From NCBI RefSeq assembly GCF_054482595.1, contig NZ_CM137008.1: a stretch of 64,000 bases of DNA, one strand, 5' to 3'. The notes under the pieces are model-generated. The model saw nothing but the letters and a program-made list of their open reading frames with translations, did not search any database and was not told the origin of the DNA. A program made the translations under genes and the position numbers. Positions within the stretch are counted from its first letter, which is position 1. Each line of letters begins with the position of its first letter. Below, piece after piece: positions 50,416 to 63,562 of the stretch.

Positions 50416-50418
50416 TGA

Positions 50419-50973
50419 GTGATGAAACTGATGTTTGCATCGGACATTCATGGGTCGTTACCGGCGACGGAACGTGTTCTGGAGTTGTTTGCCCAAAGCG
50501 GTGCCCAGTGGCTGGTGATCCTTGGCGACGTGTTGAATCATGGCCCGCGTAATGCTTTACCGGAGGGTTACGCGCCAGCCAAAGTCGCTGAACGGCTTAA
50601 TGAAGTGGCACATAAGGTTATCGCTGTGCGCGGCAACTGCGACAGCGAAGTGGATCAAATGCTGCTGCATTTCCCGATAACCGCGCCGTGGCAACAGGTA
50701 TTACTGGAAAAACAACGTCTGTTTTTGACGCATGGTCATCTTTTTGGCCCGGAAAATCTGCCTGCTTTAAACCAGAACGATGTGCTGGTGTACGGTCATA
50801 CCCATCTGCCAGTGGCAGAACAGCGGGGGGAGATTTTCCACTTCAACCCCGGCTCGGTGAGTATTCCGAAAGGCGGTAATCCGGCGAGTTATGGCATGCT
50901 GGATAATGACGTACTTAGTGTAATCGCACTCAATGATCAAAGTATCATTGCGCAGGTAGCGATTAATCCGTAA
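50419..50973 (+). CDS. yfcE: Metallophosphoesterase (phosphodiesterase)
   Basis: 184-aa ORF with DIHGS and GHTH motifs. Confidence 0.88.
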   Translation: MMKLMFASDIHGSLPATERVLELFAQSGAQWLVILGDVLNHGPRNALPEGYAPAKVAERLNEVAHKVIAVRGNCDSEVDQMLLHFPITAPWQQVLLEKQRLFLTHGHLFGPENLPALNQNDVLVYGHTHLPVAEQRGEIFHFNPGSVSIPKGGNPASYGMLDNDVLSVIALNDQSIIAQVAINP

Positions 50974-51030
50974 TTTACCCACAACTCAAAATGCGCCGTA
51001 AGAGCGCCAGAAAAAGAAGGTTTCCTGATA

Positions 51031-51573
51031 ATGGAACAGCGTCGTTTGGCAAGTACTGAATGGGTGGATATTGTCAATGAAGAGAACGAAGTCATTGCAC
51101 AAGCCAGCCGGGAACAAATGCGGGCACAGTGTCTGCGTCATCGTGCAACTTACATCGTCGTGCATGATGGCATGGGCAAAATTCTGGTCCAGCGTCGTAC
51201 CGAGACAAAAGACTTTTTACCCGGCATGTTAGATGCGACCGCAGGCGGTGTGGTCCAGGCCGATGAGCAACTGCTGGAATCCGCGCGTCGCGAAGCGGAA
51301 GAAGAGTTGGGCATTGCCGGTGTCCCCTTTGCCGAGCACGGGCAGTTCTATTTCGAAGATAAAAATTGCCGTGTCTGGGGCGCGTTGTTCAGCTGCGTCT
51401 CTCACGGTCCCTTCGCTCTACAGGAAGATGAAGTCAGTGAAGTTTGCTGGCTGACGCCGGAAGAAATCACCGCACGCTGCGATGAGTTCACTCCAGACTC
51501 GCTGAAAGCGCTGGCGTTGTGGATGAAGCGCAATGCCAAAAATGAAGCCGTAGAGACTGAAACGGCAGAATGA
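51031..51573 (+). CDS. yfcD: Nudix hydrolase
   Basis: 180-aa ORF containing a Nudix box ([24 protein letters not shown]). Confidence 0.88.
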
Positions 51574-51600
51574 AAAAAGAGCCGCAATTGCGGCTCTTAA
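51573..51600. terminator. Bidirectional terminator between convergent yfcD and yfcC
   Basis: AAAAAA-GAGCCGC-aatt-GCGGCTC-TTAACATTTTT. Confidence 0.7.
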
Positions 51601-51605
51601 CATTT

Positions 51606-53126
51606 TTAGTGGTAGCCCATCAACTGAGCGCCGATCACCACGACGCTGGACATAATAAACAGCAGTCCAAGCAGTGTCGCGCCCACCTTCAGCCAGTTAC
51701 GGAAGTCCACCCGGCAAACACCGAGCGTCGCCATTAACGAAGCTGAGGTTGGGTAAATGATGTGGCTGAAGCCATCACCAAACTGGAATGCCAGCACGGT
51801 AACCTGACGGTTAACACCGACCAGATCGCCAAGCGGTGCCAGTAACGGCATGGTTAACGCCGCCTGACCAGAACCGGATGTCACAAAGAAATTAAATACC
51901 GCCTGGAAGAGCAACATAAACCAGGCCGCGACAGCGTTGTCCAGACCGCTAATGGCATTGGCAATGCTGTTGAGGATGGTATTTAACACGCTGGCATCAC
52001 CCGCTTCACCATTACCGACCAGCAGCAAAATCCCTTTGGCGAAACCCACCAGCAGGGCAGGGGCGATCATCATTCGCGCCCCTTCGGTAAAGGATGAAGC
52101 CATGGTATTAACCGTCATGCCGTTAAGGCGGAAAACAACGCCGATGATGCCAATCACCAGACCCATGGTGAAGAACTGGCTGGCAATTTCTGGAATAAAC
52201 CAGGCATTAACGATCACGCCCCAAATCACCCAGACCATTACGGCGGTCAGGACAATCAATACCAGCCAGTCACCAAAGGTAAACGGACGTTGTTCAACAT
52301 CCGCCTGCTTTTCACGAAAGAAGCGGTCGGACTCATGCACGCGTGACAGAAGAGGATTCTTTTTCACTCGTGAGGCGTACACCATGGTAAAGATCAGGCC
52401 AATCAGAGTGGCGATAACCCACACCACGATGCGCAACCCGGAGCCAGAAAGCACCGGAACGCCGGCAATCCCCTGAGCAACAACCACACAAAACGGGTTC
52501 ATCCACGAACTGGCAAAACCGATTTGCGTGGCAATATAGGTCACCAGGACGGTGGTAATACTGTCATAGCCCAGCCGGACCATTAGCGGTGCGATGATAA
52601 TGGCAAAGGCGACGGCCTCTTCCCCCATACCAAATACCGCGCCGCCAAGTGAAAACAGAATAAACAGCGCAGGAATAAAGAGAATTTCATTCCCGCGGGT
52701 ATGGCGAATAAGCGCCAGGATACCGTTATCAATGGTTCCTGTACGCATCACAATGCCAAACGCGCCGCCAATCACCAGCATAAACATGATGATGCCAACG
52801 GCTGTCCCGTATTTCGATCCTGAGGTTAACCCTTCAAACGGGAAGTTCATCAGGCCCGGGCGTTCATCGCCCGTCGTGAACAGCTGTACGCGGTGATACT
52901 CAGGTTCGCCTGCTTCGTTAGTCAGAATGCGAAATGAGTGTGGATCTACGACTTTGCGTGTTTTTGTTTGACCATCAACCTGATACTGCACTTCCTGACT
53001 GTCAAACATCCCCACCGGAACTACCCAGGTGGCAAGGCTGGTTAAAATAGCAACAAAAAAGATAATCACCAACGTATCGGGCATTGCCCATCTTCTTGTT
53101 GGTTTGGATTCAGTGATTGCGGACAT
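51606..53126 (-). CDS. yfcC: Putative anaerobic C4-dicarboxylate-type membrane transporter
   Basis: Polytopic membrane ORF; start placed at the second in-frame Met (MSAITESK..., 506 aa); start not certain. Confidence 0.8.
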   Translation of the reverse strand: MSAITESKPTRRWAMPDTLVIIFFVAILTSLATWVVPVGMFDSQEVQYQVDGQTKTRKVVDPHSFRILTNEAGEPEYHRVQLFTTGDERPGLMNFPFEGLTSGSKYGTAVGIIMFMLVIGGAFGIVMRTGTIDNGILALIRHTRGNEILFIPALFILFSLGGAVFGMGEEAVAFAIIIAPLMVRLGYDSITTVLVTYIATQIGFASSWMNPFCVVVAQGIAGVPVLSGSGLRIVVWVIATLIGLIFTMVYASRVKKNPLLSRVHESDRFFREKQADVEQRPFTFGDWLVLIVLTAVMVWVIWGVIVNAWFIPEIASQFFTMGLVIGIIGVVFRLNGMTVNTMASSFTEGARMMIAPALLVGFAKGILLLVGNGEAGDASVLNTILNSIANAISGLDNAVAAWFMLLFQAVFNFFVTSGSGQAALTMPLLAPLGDLVGVNRQVTVLAFQFGDGFSHIIYPTSASLMATLGVCRVDFRNWLKVGATLLGLLFIMSSVVVIGAQLMGYH

Positions 53127-53246
53127 AGCGCAAATATTCCCTTGCACAAAACAAAGTGGTAAGTATGCAAAGTGAAATGGCGCAATTCATTGATGCAGCG
53201 CAGTTAAGCAAGATAATCAGAAAGGATTAATGCAAATTAAGAGAAT

Positions 53247-53275
53247 AAAAAACCGGAAATAGTGACTATTTCCGG
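53247..53275 (-). terminator. Rho-independent terminator after pta
   Basis: On the minus strand, hairpin CCGGAAATA-gtcac-TATTTCCGG followed by a U-run; second hairpin ATCCGCAGC-gcaaa-GCTGCGGAT at 53283–53305. Confidence 0.6.
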
Positions 53276-53315
53276 TCCAGATATCCGCAGCGCAAAGCTG
53301 CGGATGATGACGAGA

Positions 53316-55460
53316 TTACTGCTGCTGTGCAGACTGAATCGCAGTCAGCGCGATGGTGTAGACGATATCGTCAACCAGTGCGCCACGGGACAGGTCGTTA
53401 ACCGGCTTGCGCATACCCTGCAGCATCGGCCCGATGGAGATCAGGTCGGCAGAACGCTGTACCGCTTTGTAGGTGGTGTTACCGGTGTTCAGATCCGGGA
53501 AGATGAACACGGTAGCGCGACCTGCAACCGGAGAGTTCGGCGCTTTGGATTTCGCAACGTCAGCCATTACCGCAGCGTCGTACTGCAGCGGACCGTCGAT
53601 CATCAGGTCAGGACGTTTTTCCTGCGCCAGACGAGTTGCTTCGCGAACTTTTTCTACGTCGCTACCTGCACCAGAAGTACCGGTGGAGTAGGAGAGCATA
53701 GCAACGCGCGGTTCGATACCGAAGGCTGCAGCGGAATCAGCGGACTGAATCGCGATTTCTGCCAGCTGTTCTGCGGTCGGATCCGGGTTGATCGCACAGT
53801 CACCGTAAACGTAAACCTGTTCCGGCAGCAGCATGAAGAACACGGAAGATACCAGGGAGCTGCCCGGTGCAGTTTTGATCAGCTGCAGCGGCGGACGGAT
53901 GGTGTTTGCGGTAGTGTGAACAGCACCGGAAACCAGACCATCAACTTCATCCTGTTCCAGCATCAGCGTACCGAGCACCACGTTGTCTTCCAGCTGTTCG
54001 CGGGCAACGGTTTCGGTCATGCCTTTGTTCTTACGCAGCTCGACCAGACGACCAACATAGCTTTCGCGAACCACTTCTGGATCAACGATTTCAATGCCTG
54101 TACCCAGTTCTACACCCTGAGACGCTGCAACACGGTTGATCTCTGCCGGATTACCCAGCAGTACGCAAGTTGCGATACCACGTTCAGCACAGATAGCGGC
54201 TGCTTTAACGGTACGCGGTTCGTCACCTTCCGGCAGTACGATACGTTTGCCCGCTTTGCGCGCAAGTTCAGTCAGCTGATAACGGAACGCTGGCGGAGAC
54301 AGACGACGGCTGCGCTCAGAAGTGGCAGTCAGAGAATCGATCCAGTCAGCGTTGATGTAGTTAGCAACGTATTCCTGAACTTTCTCGATACGCTCGTGAT
54401 CGTCAACTGGAACTTCCAGGTTGAAGCTCTGCAGGCTCAGAGAAGTCTGCCAGGTGTTGGTGTTCACCATAAATACCGGCAGGCCGGTAGCGAAAGCACG
54501 TTCGCACAGTTTAGAAATGCGCGCGTCCATTTCGTAGCCGCCAGTCAGCAGCAGGGCACCGATTTCTACGCCGTTCATGGCAGCCAGGCAAGCGGCAACC
54601 AGCACGTCAGGACGGTCTGCGGAAGTCACCAGCAGAGAACCGGCACGGAAGTGCTCCAGCATGTGCGGAATGCTGCGTGCGCAGAAAGTGACGGATTTAA
54701 CGCGGCGAGTATTGATGTCGCCTTCGTTGATGATGGTCGCATTCAGGTGGCGAGCCATATCGATCGCACGAGTCGCGATCAGGTCAAAGCTCCACGGCAC
54801 AGCGCCGAGAACCGGCAGCGGGCTGGATTCTTGCAGCTTCGCCGGATCAACATTGTTTACTTTAGCTTTGGAAGAGTCGTCGAAAATCTCGGACAGATCC
54901 GGGCGAGTACGACCCTGTTCATCAACCGGTGCGTTCAGTTTGTTAACGATAACGCCGGTGATGTTGGTGTTTTTGGCACCGCCGAAGCTGTTGCGGGTCA
55001 GTTCGATACGCTCTTTCAGCTGTTCCGGGGTGTCAGTGCCCTGAGACATAACGAAGACGATTTCCGCATTCAGCGTTTTAGCGATTTCGTAGTTCAGAGA
55101 CTGGGCAAACTGGTGCTTACGTGTCGGGACCAGACCTTCAACCAGAACGACTTCAGCGTCTTTGGTGTTAGCGTGGTAGTTTGCGACGATCTCTTCCATC
55201 AGCACATCTTTCTGATTGCTGGAAAGCAGACCTTCAACGTAGCTCATTTTCAGCGGTTCAGCGGCCGTCGTAGTGGAAGAGTTCGCACGTACGATAGTCG
55301 TAGTCTGATCGGGCGCATCGCCACCGGTACGCGGCTGAGCGATAGGTTTGAAAACGCTCAGACGAACGCCTTTGCGTTCCATTGCACGGATCACGCCAAG
55401 GCTGACGCTGGTCAGACCGACGCTGGTTCCGGTAGGGATCAGCATAATAATACGGGACAC
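53316..55460 (-). CDS. pta: Phosphate acetyltransferase
   Basis: 714-aa ORF from GTG start ([17 protein letters not shown]...). Confidence 0.95.
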   Translation of the reverse strand: MSRIIMLIPTGTSVGLTSVSLGVIRAMERKGVRLSVFKPIAQPRTGGDAPDQTTTIVRANSSTTTAAEPLKMSYVEGLLSSNQKDVLMEEIVANYHANTKDAEVVLVEGLVPTRKHQFAQSLNYEIAKTLNAEIVFVMSQGTDTPEQLKERIELTRNSFGGAKNTNITGVIVNKLNAPVDEQGRTRPDLSEIFDDSSKAKVNNVDPAKLQESSPLPVLGAVPWSFDLIATRAIDMARHLNATIINEGDINTRRVKSVTFCARSIPHMLEHFRAGSLLVTSADRPDVLVAACLAAMNGVEIGALLLTGGYEMDARISKLCERAFATGLPVFMVNTNTWQTSLSLQSFNLEVPVDDHERIEKVQEYVANYINADWIDSLTATSERSRRLSPPAFRYQLTELARKAGKRIVLPEGDEPRTVKAAAICAERGIATCVLLGNPAEINRVAASQGVELGTGIEIVDPEVVRESYVGRLVELRKNKGMTETVAREQLEDNVVLGTLMLEQDEVDGLVSGAVHTTANTIRPPLQLIKTAPGSSLVSSVFFMLLPEQVYVYGDCAINPDPTAEQLAEIAIQSADSAAAFGIEPRVAMLSYSTGTSGAGSDVEKVREATRLAQEKRPDLMIDGPLQYDAAVMADVAKSKAPNSPVAGRATVFIFPDLNTGNTTYKAVQRSADLISIGPMLQGMRKPVNDLSRGALVDDIVYTIALTAIQSAQQQ

Positions 55461-55534
55461 GGTTTATCCTCTTTCGTTACCGCCGATTTGGCGGGTTACA
55501 AAACAGCACCGCCAGCTGAGCTGGCGGTGTGAAA

Positions 55535-56737
55535 TCAGGCAGTCAGGCGGCTCGCGTCTTGCGCGATAACCAGTTCTTCGTTGGTTGGGATAACCACCGC
55601 AGGACGGGTACCTTCTTTGTTGATGAAACCAGATTTGCCGAAACGTGCAGCCAGGTTGCGTTCATGATCAACTTCAAAGCCCAGCACGCCCAGTTTGCCC
55701 AGAGACAGTTCACGAACCATCGCGGCATTTTCACCGATACCACCGGTGAATACAACAGCGTCCAGACGACCATCCATCAGCGCAGTGTAGGCACCGATGT
55801 ATTTCGCCAGGCGGTGGCAGTAAACGTCCATTGCGCGCTTCGCGTCTTCTTTCGTCGCGTAGTTGTCTTCAACATAGCGGCAGTCGCTGGTCACTTCGGT
55901 CAGACCCAGCAGGCCAGACTCTTTGGTCAGCAGTTTGTTGATTGCGTCAACGCTCATGCCCAGGGTGTCGTGCAGGTGGAAGATGATCGCCGGATCGATA
56001 TCACCAGAACGGGTACCCATGACCAGACCTTCCAGCGGGGTCAGGCCCATAGATGTGTCAACGCATTTACCGTTGCGGATAGCAGAAACGGAACCACCGT
56101 TGCCCAGGTGGCAGGTGATGATGTTCAGTTCTTCTACCGGTTTGTTCAGCATTTTTGCCGCTTCCTGGGTTACATAGAAGTGGCTGGTGCCGTGCGCGCC
56201 GTAACGACGGATGCCGTGCTCTTTGTACAGGTTGTACGGCAGGGCGTAGAGGTAAGACTCTTCCGGCATAGTCTGGTGGAACGCGGTGTCAAATACAGCA
56301 ACGTTTTTGTCTTTCAGCTGTGGGAAAGATTTCAGAGCTTCTTCGATACCGATCAGGTGAGCCGGGTTGTGCAGCGGTGCAAAAGAAGCTGCATCTTTGA
56401 TACCCTGAATAACAGACTCATCGATCACTACGGAGCTGGTATACTTTTCGCCGCCGTGTACGATACGGTGACCGATAGCAGTCAGCTGCGCAGACAGTTC
56501 TGGTTTTTGTGCCAGAATAGTATTAACGATAAAGTTGAGCGCTTCGCTGTGAGCGGCGCCTGCACCTAAAGCCGCTTCCTGTTTATTGCCGTCCATTTTC
56601 CATTTGATACGTGCTTCGGGCAGGTGGAAACATTCGGCTAAACCAGAAAGGTACTCTTCACCATTTACTGCATCGATGATGGCAAATTTCAGTGAAGAAC
56701 TACCGCAGTTCAGAACCAGTACTAACTTACTCGACAT
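55535..56737 (-). CDS. ackA: Acetate kinase
   Basis: 400-aa [23 protein letters not shown]... Confidence 0.95.
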   Translation of the reverse strand: MSSKLVLVLNCGSSSLKFAIIDAVNGEEYLSGLAECFHLPEARIKWKMDGNKQEAALGAGAAHSEALNFIVNTILAQKPELSAQLTAIGHRIVHGGEKYTSSVVIDESVIQGIKDAASFAPLHNPAHLIGIEEALKSFPQLKDKNVAVFDTAFHQTMPEESYLYALPYNLYKEHGIRRYGAHGTSHFYVTQEAAKMLNKPVEELNIITCHLGNGGSVSAIRNGKCVDTSMGLTPLEGLVMGTRSGDIDPAIIFHLHDTLGMSVDAINKLLTKESGLLGLTEVTSDCRYVEDNYATKEDAKRAMDVYCHRLAKYIGAYTALMDGRLDAVVFTGGIGENAAMVRELSLGKLGVLGFEVDHERNLAARFGKSGFINKEGTRPAVVIPTNEELVIAQDASRLTA

Positions 56738-57074
56738 GGAAGTACCTATAATTGATACGTGGCTAAAAAAACGTCAGGGAGCCATAGAGCGTAGCGCATG
56801 ATGACACCGACATTTATGATTAACATCATGCACTGCAAATTTTTTTTGCATGATGGAAGAAATATCTTGAGTCTATGCCATTTTGCGTAATTTTCAGCCA
56901 ATGGCATAATGTATATGAATTTGACGACTCAATGAATATGTACTACTTAGGCCTTCAGGCTGCTAAAGGATACCTGATAGTGGGTATGGAAGACAAAATG
57001 TTTTGAACGTTGTCCCGCTGAGTTGTGAATTTGCACAAATTTTTGAATCTTTATATGTGAAGTTGAGGTGAAGC

Positions 57075-57530
57075 ATGTCAACGCCGGATAATCGTTCTGT
57101 TAATTTTTTTAGCTTGTTTCGCCGGGGACAGCATTACTCAAAGACGTGGCCGCTGGAAAAACGCCTTGCCCCGGTCTTTGTCGAAAATCGCGTTATCAAG
57201 ATGACGCGTTATGCGATCCGTTTTATGCCGCCGATCGCCGTATTTACTCTCTGCTGGCAGATTGCCCTGGGCGGTCAGCTTGGGCCGGCAGTTGCCACTG
57301 CGCTGTTCGCCTTAAGTTTACCCATGCAGGGATTGTGGTGGCTGGGCAAGCGTTCTGTAACGCCATTACCCCCTGCAATCCTCAACTGGTTTTATGAAGT
57401 TCGCGGTAAATTGCAGGAGTCTGGACAGGTGTTGGCACCCGTTGAAGGCAAGCCTGATTACCAGGCATTAGCTGACACGCTTAAGCGCGCCTTCAAACAA
57501 CTGGATAAAACTTTCCTTGATGATTTGTAA
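57075..57530 (+). CDS. yfbV: UPF0208 membrane protein YfbV
   Basis: 151-aa ORF with two hydrophobic helices; divergent from ackA. Confidence 0.85.
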
Positions 57531-57534
57531 TTGA

Positions 57535-58107
<573 letters not shown>

Positions 58108-58117
58108 GGAGGCCCGC

Positions 58118-58768
58118 GTGCGGTGCAAAGGTTTTCTGTTTGATCTTGATGGAACGCTGGTGGATTCCCTGCCTGCGGTAGAACGGGCGTGGAGCAACTG
58201 GGCCAGACGTCATGGGTTAGCGCCGGAAGAGGTGCTGGCTTTCATTCACGGTAAACAGGCGATCACCTCTCTGCGCCATTTTATGGCGGGCAAATCCGAG
58301 GCTGATATTGCCGCCGAGTTTACGCGTCTGGAGCAAATCGAGGCCACGGAAACCGAAGGTATTACCGCGCTTCCGGGGGCAATCGCCTTACTCAATCATT
58401 TGAATAAAGCAGGTATTCCGTGGGCCATTGTGACTTCTGGCTCCATGCCGGTAGCGCGAGCGCGCCATAAAATAGCGGGGCTTCCCGCACCAGAGGTGTT
58501 TGTAACCGCTGAGCGAGTGAAGCGCGGAAAACCAGAACCTGATGCGTATCTGTTAGGCGCGCAGCTGCTGGGGCTTGCGCCGCAGGAGTGTGTGGTGGTG
58601 GAAGATGCTCCCGCTGGCGTGCTTTCTGGCCTGGCGGCGGGTTGCCATGTCATTGCGGTTAACGCTCCGGCAGATACCCCGCGCCTGAATGAGGTCGATT
58701 TGGTCCTCCACAGTCTGGAGCAAATTACTGTGACCAAACAGCCAAATGGCGATGTTATTATTCAGTGA
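58118..58768 (+). CDS. hxpA: HAD-family sugar-phosphate phosphatase
   Basis: 216-aa ORF with HAD motif I FLFDLDGTLVDS. Confidence 0.88.
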   Translation: MRCKGFLFDLDGTLVDSLPAVERAWSNWARRHGLAPEEVLAFIHGKQAITSLRHFMAGKSEADIAAEFTRLEQIEATETEGITALPGAIALLNHLNKAGIPWAIVTSGSMPVARARHKIAGLPAPEVFVTAERVKRGKPEPDAYLLGAQLLGLAPQECVVVEDAPAGVLSGLAAGCHVIAVNAPADTPRLNEVDLVLHSLEQITVTKQPNGDVIIQ

Positions 58769-58787
58769 AACACCTGATCATGATTTA

Positions 58788-58811
58788 GCCCCGTCTCGTC
58801 GGGGCTTTTTT
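58788..58811 (+). terminator. Rho-independent terminator after hxpA
   Basis: GCCCCG-tctcgt-CGGGGC-TTTTTT. Confidence 0.75.
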
Positions 58812-58854
58812 ATGGCAGAATCAAGTCATCCCCCTCAATTAACAAGGATAAGTT

Positions 58855-60687
58855 GTGAACGGTGAATTGATTTGGGTTCTTTCATTACTGGCCGTTGCCA
58901 TCGTCTTGTTTGCGACGGGCAGAGTGCGTATGGATGCGGTCGCTTTGTTTGTTATTGTCGCGTTTGCATTAAGCGGAACGCTGACAGTCCCAGAAGTATT
59001 TTCCGGCTTTTCTGATCCTAACGTTGTCCTGATTGCCGCCTTGTTTATTATTGGCGATGGTTTGGTCCGTACCGGTGTTGCCACCGTAATGGGAACATGG
59101 CTGGTCAAAGTTGCGGGCAACAGTGAAATCAAAATGTTGGTTTTGTTGATGCTGACCGTCGCGGGGCTTGGCGCGTTTATGAGTTCAACCGGCGTTGTCG
59201 CTATCTTTATTCCCGTGGTGTTAAGCGTTGCCATGCGTATGCAAACGTCGCCGTCACGTCTGATGATGCCGTTAAGTTTTGCCGGGCTGATTAGCGGCAT
59301 GATGACGCTGGTGGCGACGCCGCCGAACTTGGTAGTCAATAGTGAATTGCTGCGTGAAGGCTATCACGGCTTCAGTTTCTTTAGCGTAACACCTATTGGC
59401 CTGGTCGTGCTGGTGCTGGGTATTTTGTATATGTTAGTGATGCGTTTCATGCTGAAAGGGGATACCCAGACCCCGCAGCGCGAAGGCTGGACGCGTCGAA
59501 CCTTTCGCGATCTTATCCGTGAATATCGACTGACCGGGCGTGCGCGACGTCTGGCTATTCGCCCCGGATCGCCAATGATTGGTCAACGGTTGGACGATCT
59601 CAAATTACGTGAGCGTTATGGCGCTAACGTCATCGGTGTTGAACGCTGGCGGCGTTTTCGTCGCGTTATCGTGAACGTTAATGGGGTTTCTGAATTTCGC
59701 GCGCGTGACGTTTTGCTTATTGATATGTCTGCGGCTGATGTCGATCTCCGGCAATTTTGTAGTGAGCAATTGCTGGAGCCGATGGTACTGCGCGGCGAGT
59801 ATTTTTCTGACCAGGCCCTTGATGTGGGCATGGCAGAGATTTCATTAATTCCTGAGTCAGAACTTATTGGTAAATCGGTGCGCGAAATTGGTTTTCGTAC
59901 CCGCTACGGACTGAATGTGGTGGGGCTAAAGCGCAATGGCGTGGCGCTGGAAGGTTCGCTGGCGGATGAGCCTCTGCTGCTGGGCGATATCATCCTGGTT
60001 GTGGGTAACTGGAAACTGATCGGTATGCTGGCCAAACAGGGCCGCGACTTCGTAGCGCTGAACTTACCGGAAGAGGTGAGTGAAGCATCGCCCGCGCACA
60101 GCCAGGCACCCCATGCCATTTTCTGTCTGGTGCTAATGGTGGCGTTAATGCTGACAGATGAAATTCCTAATCCTGTTGCCGCTATCATCGCCTGCCTGCT
60201 GATGGGGAAATTCCGCTGTATAGATGCTGAAAGCGCCTATAAATCCATTCACTGGCCGAGCATTATTTTGATCGTTGGGATGATGCCGTTTGCTGTGGCA
60301 TTACAGAAAACGGGAGGTGTCGCGCTGGCGGTGAAAGGGCTGATGGACATTGGCGGTGGTTACGGGCCACATATGATGCTGGCTTGTTTGTTTGTCTTGT
60401 CGGCGGTTATTGGGCTGTTTATCTCTAATACCGCGACGGCGGTGTTGATGGCTCCGATTGCGCTGGCTGCTGCCAAAACGATGGGGGTGTCGCCTTATCC
60501 ATTCGCGATGGTCGTGGCGATGGCAGCATCCGCCGCCTTTATGACACCGGTTTCTTCACCTGTTAACACACTGGTTTTAGGTCCGGGAAATTACAGCTTC
60601 AGTGACTTTGTGAAGTTGGGGGTACCGTTCACCATTATCGTGATGGCGGTTTGTGTGGTGATGATCCCGATGCTGTTTCCGTTTTGA
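58855..60687 (+). CDS. yfbS: Putative anion transporter with central TrkA-C domains
   Basis: 610-aa ORF: membrane halves flanking a soluble central region. Confidence 0.85.
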   Translation: MNGELIWVLSLLAVAIVLFATGRVRMDAVALFVIVAFALSGTLTVPEVFSGFSDPNVVLIAALFIIGDGLVRTGVATVMGTWLVKVAGNSEIKMLVLLMLTVAGLGAFMSSTGVVAIFIPVVLSVAMRMQTSPSRLMMPLSFAGLISGMMTLVATPPNLVVNSELLREGYHGFSFFSVTPIGLVVLVLGILYMLVMRFMLKGDTQTPQREGWTRRTFRDLIREYRLTGRARRLAIRPGSPMIGQRLDDLKLRERYGANVIGVERWRRFRRVIVNVNGVSEFRARDVLLIDMSAADVDLRQFCSEQLLEPMVLRGEYFSDQALDVGMAEISLIPESELIGKSVREIGFRTRYGLNVVGLKRNGVALEGSLADEPLLLGDIILVVGNWKLIGMLAKQGRDFVALNLPEEVSEASPAHSQAPHAIFCLVLMVALMLTDEIPNPVAAIIACLLMGKFRCIDAESAYKSIHWPSIILIVGMMPFAVALQKTGGVALAVKGLMDIGGGYGPHMMLACLFVLSAVIGLFISNTATAVLMAPIALAAAKTMGVSPYPFAMVVAMAASAAFMTPVSSPVNTLVLGPGNYSFSDFVKLGVPFTIIVMAVCVVMIPMLFPF

Positions 60688-60693
60688 CAAGAG

Positions 60694-60735
60694 CCTGATG
60701 TCGCATCCGGCGCTTATTGCCTGATGCGACGCAGA
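60694..60735. repeat. Short REP-like element
   Basis: GCCTGATGTCGCATCCGGCGCTTATTGCCTGATGCGACGC between yfbS and yfbR. Confidence 0.6.
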
Positions 60736-60745
60736 CTCCGGCTGC

Positions 60746-61345
60746 TTACAGCGGTGAATCCTGGCTAATCTCATCGAGCGAAAGATGGAAGCTGGGAACA
60801 AATACTTCCATGAAGTAGTCCATCTCCTGGCTGCGGCGCGCTTCAAGCGTCGCTTCCAGTCGCGTTTTTGCCAGCAAGAATTCATTATTTCCCGCCGCGA
60901 GTTCTTCCAGACATTTCAGATATGCACACAGTGCATCTGCCTGTTTCACCAACGATTTTTCTTCATCGCTATATGCATGCTCGTCAATTAACGGCGCAAA
61001 GATATCCTGCAGCTCTTCCGGAACCATATCGACCAGTTTTTGCTGAGCGATTTTTTCAATAGCCTTGTATTCCTGAGCGATTTGCGAATTGAAGTATTTC
61101 ACCGGAGTAGGGAGATCGCCGGTGAGCACTTCTGAAGCATCGTGGTACATCGCCAGTAAAGCGATACGTTCGGCGTTGACATTACCGCCAAATTTACGAT
61201 TTTTGATAGCTGCCAGCGCATGGGCGACCATCGCTACCTGCAAACTGTGTTCGGACACATTTTCCGTCCGCACGTTGCGCATGAGCGGCCAGCGGTTAAT
61301 GAGTTTCAGGCGGGAGAGATGGGCAAAAAAATGGCTCTGTTTCAT
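60746..61345 (-). CDS. yfbR: 5'-deoxynucleotidase (HD domain)
   Basis: 199-aa ORF with HD motifs ([10 protein letters not shown]...[10 protein letters not shown]). Confidence 0.9.
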   Translation of the reverse strand: MKQSHFFAHLSRLKLINRWPLMRNVRTENVSEHSLQVAMVAHALAAIKNRKFGGNVNAERIALLAMYHDASEVLTGDLPTPVKYFNSQIAQEYKAIEKIAQQKLVDMVPEELQDIFAPLIDEHAYSDEEKSLVKQADALCAYLKCLEELAAGNNEFLLAKTRLEATLEARRSQEMDYFMEVFVPSFHLSLDEISQDSPL

Positions 61346-61428
61346 AGTGACCTTTCGTATGATGACATCATCAGGTCATTGTGGCGGGATAACACTGCCG
61401 GATGCAATCTCCGGCAGTGAAATTAAGA

Positions 61429-62646
61429 TTACAGCTGATGATAACCAGAAAGGAAACGCGCGAACTTACTCAAAGACAGCTCGATATCATCGACACGCGG
61501 TAGCGTGACAATGCGGAAGTGGTCCGGCCACGGCCAGTTGAATGCCGTCCCTTGCACCAACAGAACTTTTTCCTGCAACAGGAAATCCAGCACCATTTTC
61601 TGATCGTCGTGAATGTTAAAGCGTTTGGCGTCGATTTTCGGGAACATGTACAGCGCACCACGAGGTTTCACGCAGGAAACGCCCGGAATATCGTTGATCA
61701 ATTCCCACGCGCGGTTACGCTGCTCATAAAGACGACCGCCAGGGGTAATAAATTCACTGATGCTCTGATAACCACCCAGCGCGGTCTGAATGGCGTGTTG
61801 CGCAGGAACGTTAGCACACAGGCGCATTGAAGCCAGCATTTCCAGACCTTCGATGTAGCCTTTGGCGTGTTTTTTCGGCCCGTTCAACACCATCCATCCC
61901 TGACGGAAGCCTGCAACGCGGTACGTTTTCGACAGTCCATTAAAGGTAATGGTCAGCAGGTCAGGTGCCAGCGGCGCAATTGAGTGATGCTCAGCGTCGT
62001 CGTAGAGAATTTTGTCATAAATTTCATCGGCGAAGATAATGAGATTATGCTGACGTGCAATCTCCACAATCTCCATTAAAAGCTCTTTGGAATATACCGC
62101 GCCGGTTGGGTTATTTGGGTTGATAATAACGATCCCACGCGTACGAGGCGTAATTTTAGCGCGAATATCATCGAGGTCCGGGAACCAGTCAGAGGATTCA
62201 TCGCAAAGATAATGCACCGCTTTACCGCTGGAAAGCGAAACCGCCGCGGTCCATAGTGGGTAATCTGGTGCAGGAACCAACATTTCGTCCCCGCTGTTCA
62301 GCAATGCCTGCATTGCCTGAACGATAAGCTCCGATACACCATTGCCGATGTAAATATCTTCCACGGTAACATCACGCATGCCACGAGCCTGGTAGTGCTG
62401 CATGATGGCTTTACGCGCGGAGTAAAGACCTTTGGAATCGCAATACCCTTGAGCTGTAGGCAGGTTGCGTATCACGTCAACGAGGATTTCATCTGGCGCG
62501 TCAAAACCGAACGGGGCTGGGTTGCCGATGTTCAGTTTCAGTACCTTGTTACCTTCTTCTTCCAGGCGTTTTGCTTCTTTCAGCACCGGACCACGGATGT
62601 CATAACAGACATTCTCTAATTTGCTGGATTTTTCAATGGGGGACAT
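61429..62646 (-). CDS. alaA: Glutamate-pyruvate aminotransferase (PLP-dependent)
   Basis: 405-aa class I/II aminotransferase-type ORF. Confidence 0.9.
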   Translation of the reverse strand: MSPIEKSSKLENVCYDIRGPVLKEAKRLEEEGNKVLKLNIGNPAPFGFDAPDEILVDVIRNLPTAQGYCDSKGLYSARKAIMQHYQARGMRDVTVEDIYIGNGVSELIVQAMQALLNSGDEMLVPAPDYPLWTAAVSLSSGKAVHYLCDESSDWFPDLDDIRAKITPRTRGIVIINPNNPTGAVYSKELLMEIVEIARQHNLIIFADEIYDKILYDDAEHHSIAPLAPDLLTITFNGLSKTYRVAGFRQGWMVLNGPKKHAKGYIEGLEMLASMRLCANVPAQHAIQTALGGYQSISEFITPGGRLYEQRNRAWELINDIPGVSCVKPRGALYMFPKIDAKRFNIHDDQKMVLDFLLQEKVLLVQGTAFNWPWPDHFRIVTLPRVDDIELSLSKFARFLSGYHQL

Positions 62647-63562
62647 GAATCTTGACCTTTTTTGCTGTTATCGCCACTCCCTGCCGTGGAAGTCAGCTTA
62701 GAACAATGTACTCCCCCAGGACGGTGTTTTGAAGGTCTGCAGAATAAGATTTTGCCAGAGGGGAAGGCTCGATTGTGCTGTTAATAACTTAATAATGACA
62801 AAATAATGAGGTGTATATGCTTTACATGTAATGTTATATAGTGAATTGTTCTGATTCTTAATTGTAAGTCTGGTTTTTTTATCTGTAAGATAATTGTGTG
62901 AAAATGCCTCATTTAAGAATTCACTAATGAAACGCGATGATGATATTTCCGCATTACGGAGAGTTTAACAGCGTGATGATTTCCGAGGTGTCGCAATGGG
63001 GGCAAGGTGTGAAACTATTGTTAAGCGGAATTAATGAATGAGGATGATGCTAATTAATTATTATTTAATATTCAAAAAGGTTTTGATGTGCTTATTAATA
63101 ATAGAAGATTACTTTGCCTAACATAACATAACTTTGCATCAGATAATTCGCAATGACCCTTATAAATAAAAGGTTTTTGGGGTAAAATGCCCGCATAAAT
63201 GACGGATCCCTGCTCTTGATGCCGCCTCACCATTGCTGTTTGTACGTGTTCGCGTATGACCAGCGATGCTGCACGAGAGTGGAACAAGGACTCACATTTA
63301 CATTTATACAAACACGCGCATGTCATAAATAGAAAAGAGTGAGTAACTTAATAGATATGCGATCCCTGAAGATATATTCTGTGATCTACTTCAGGCATTA
63401 TAACGGAACAATGTGAGTCGCTTTTTTAGTGCAACTCATATGCATTTTTACTTTCGTCCGGGTTCCGGATGAAACTGCCAGGGAGGCACATTACAAATGG
63501 AATTGCTTGTTTGTGTGTGCACAGCATTAACCAGCTCAGTATGAGCCGCCAGTAAGTGATAA

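Noticed and set aside
53262-55532. 756-aa plus-strand ORF
   Set aside because: Lies entirely antisense to pta; Arg/Val/Phe-rich low-complexity translation typical of the reverse frame of a highly expressed gene. The pta reading is unambiguous.
55529-56569. 346-aa plus-strand ORF
   Set aside because: Antisense to ackA; no ribosome-binding site and no recognisable domain features.
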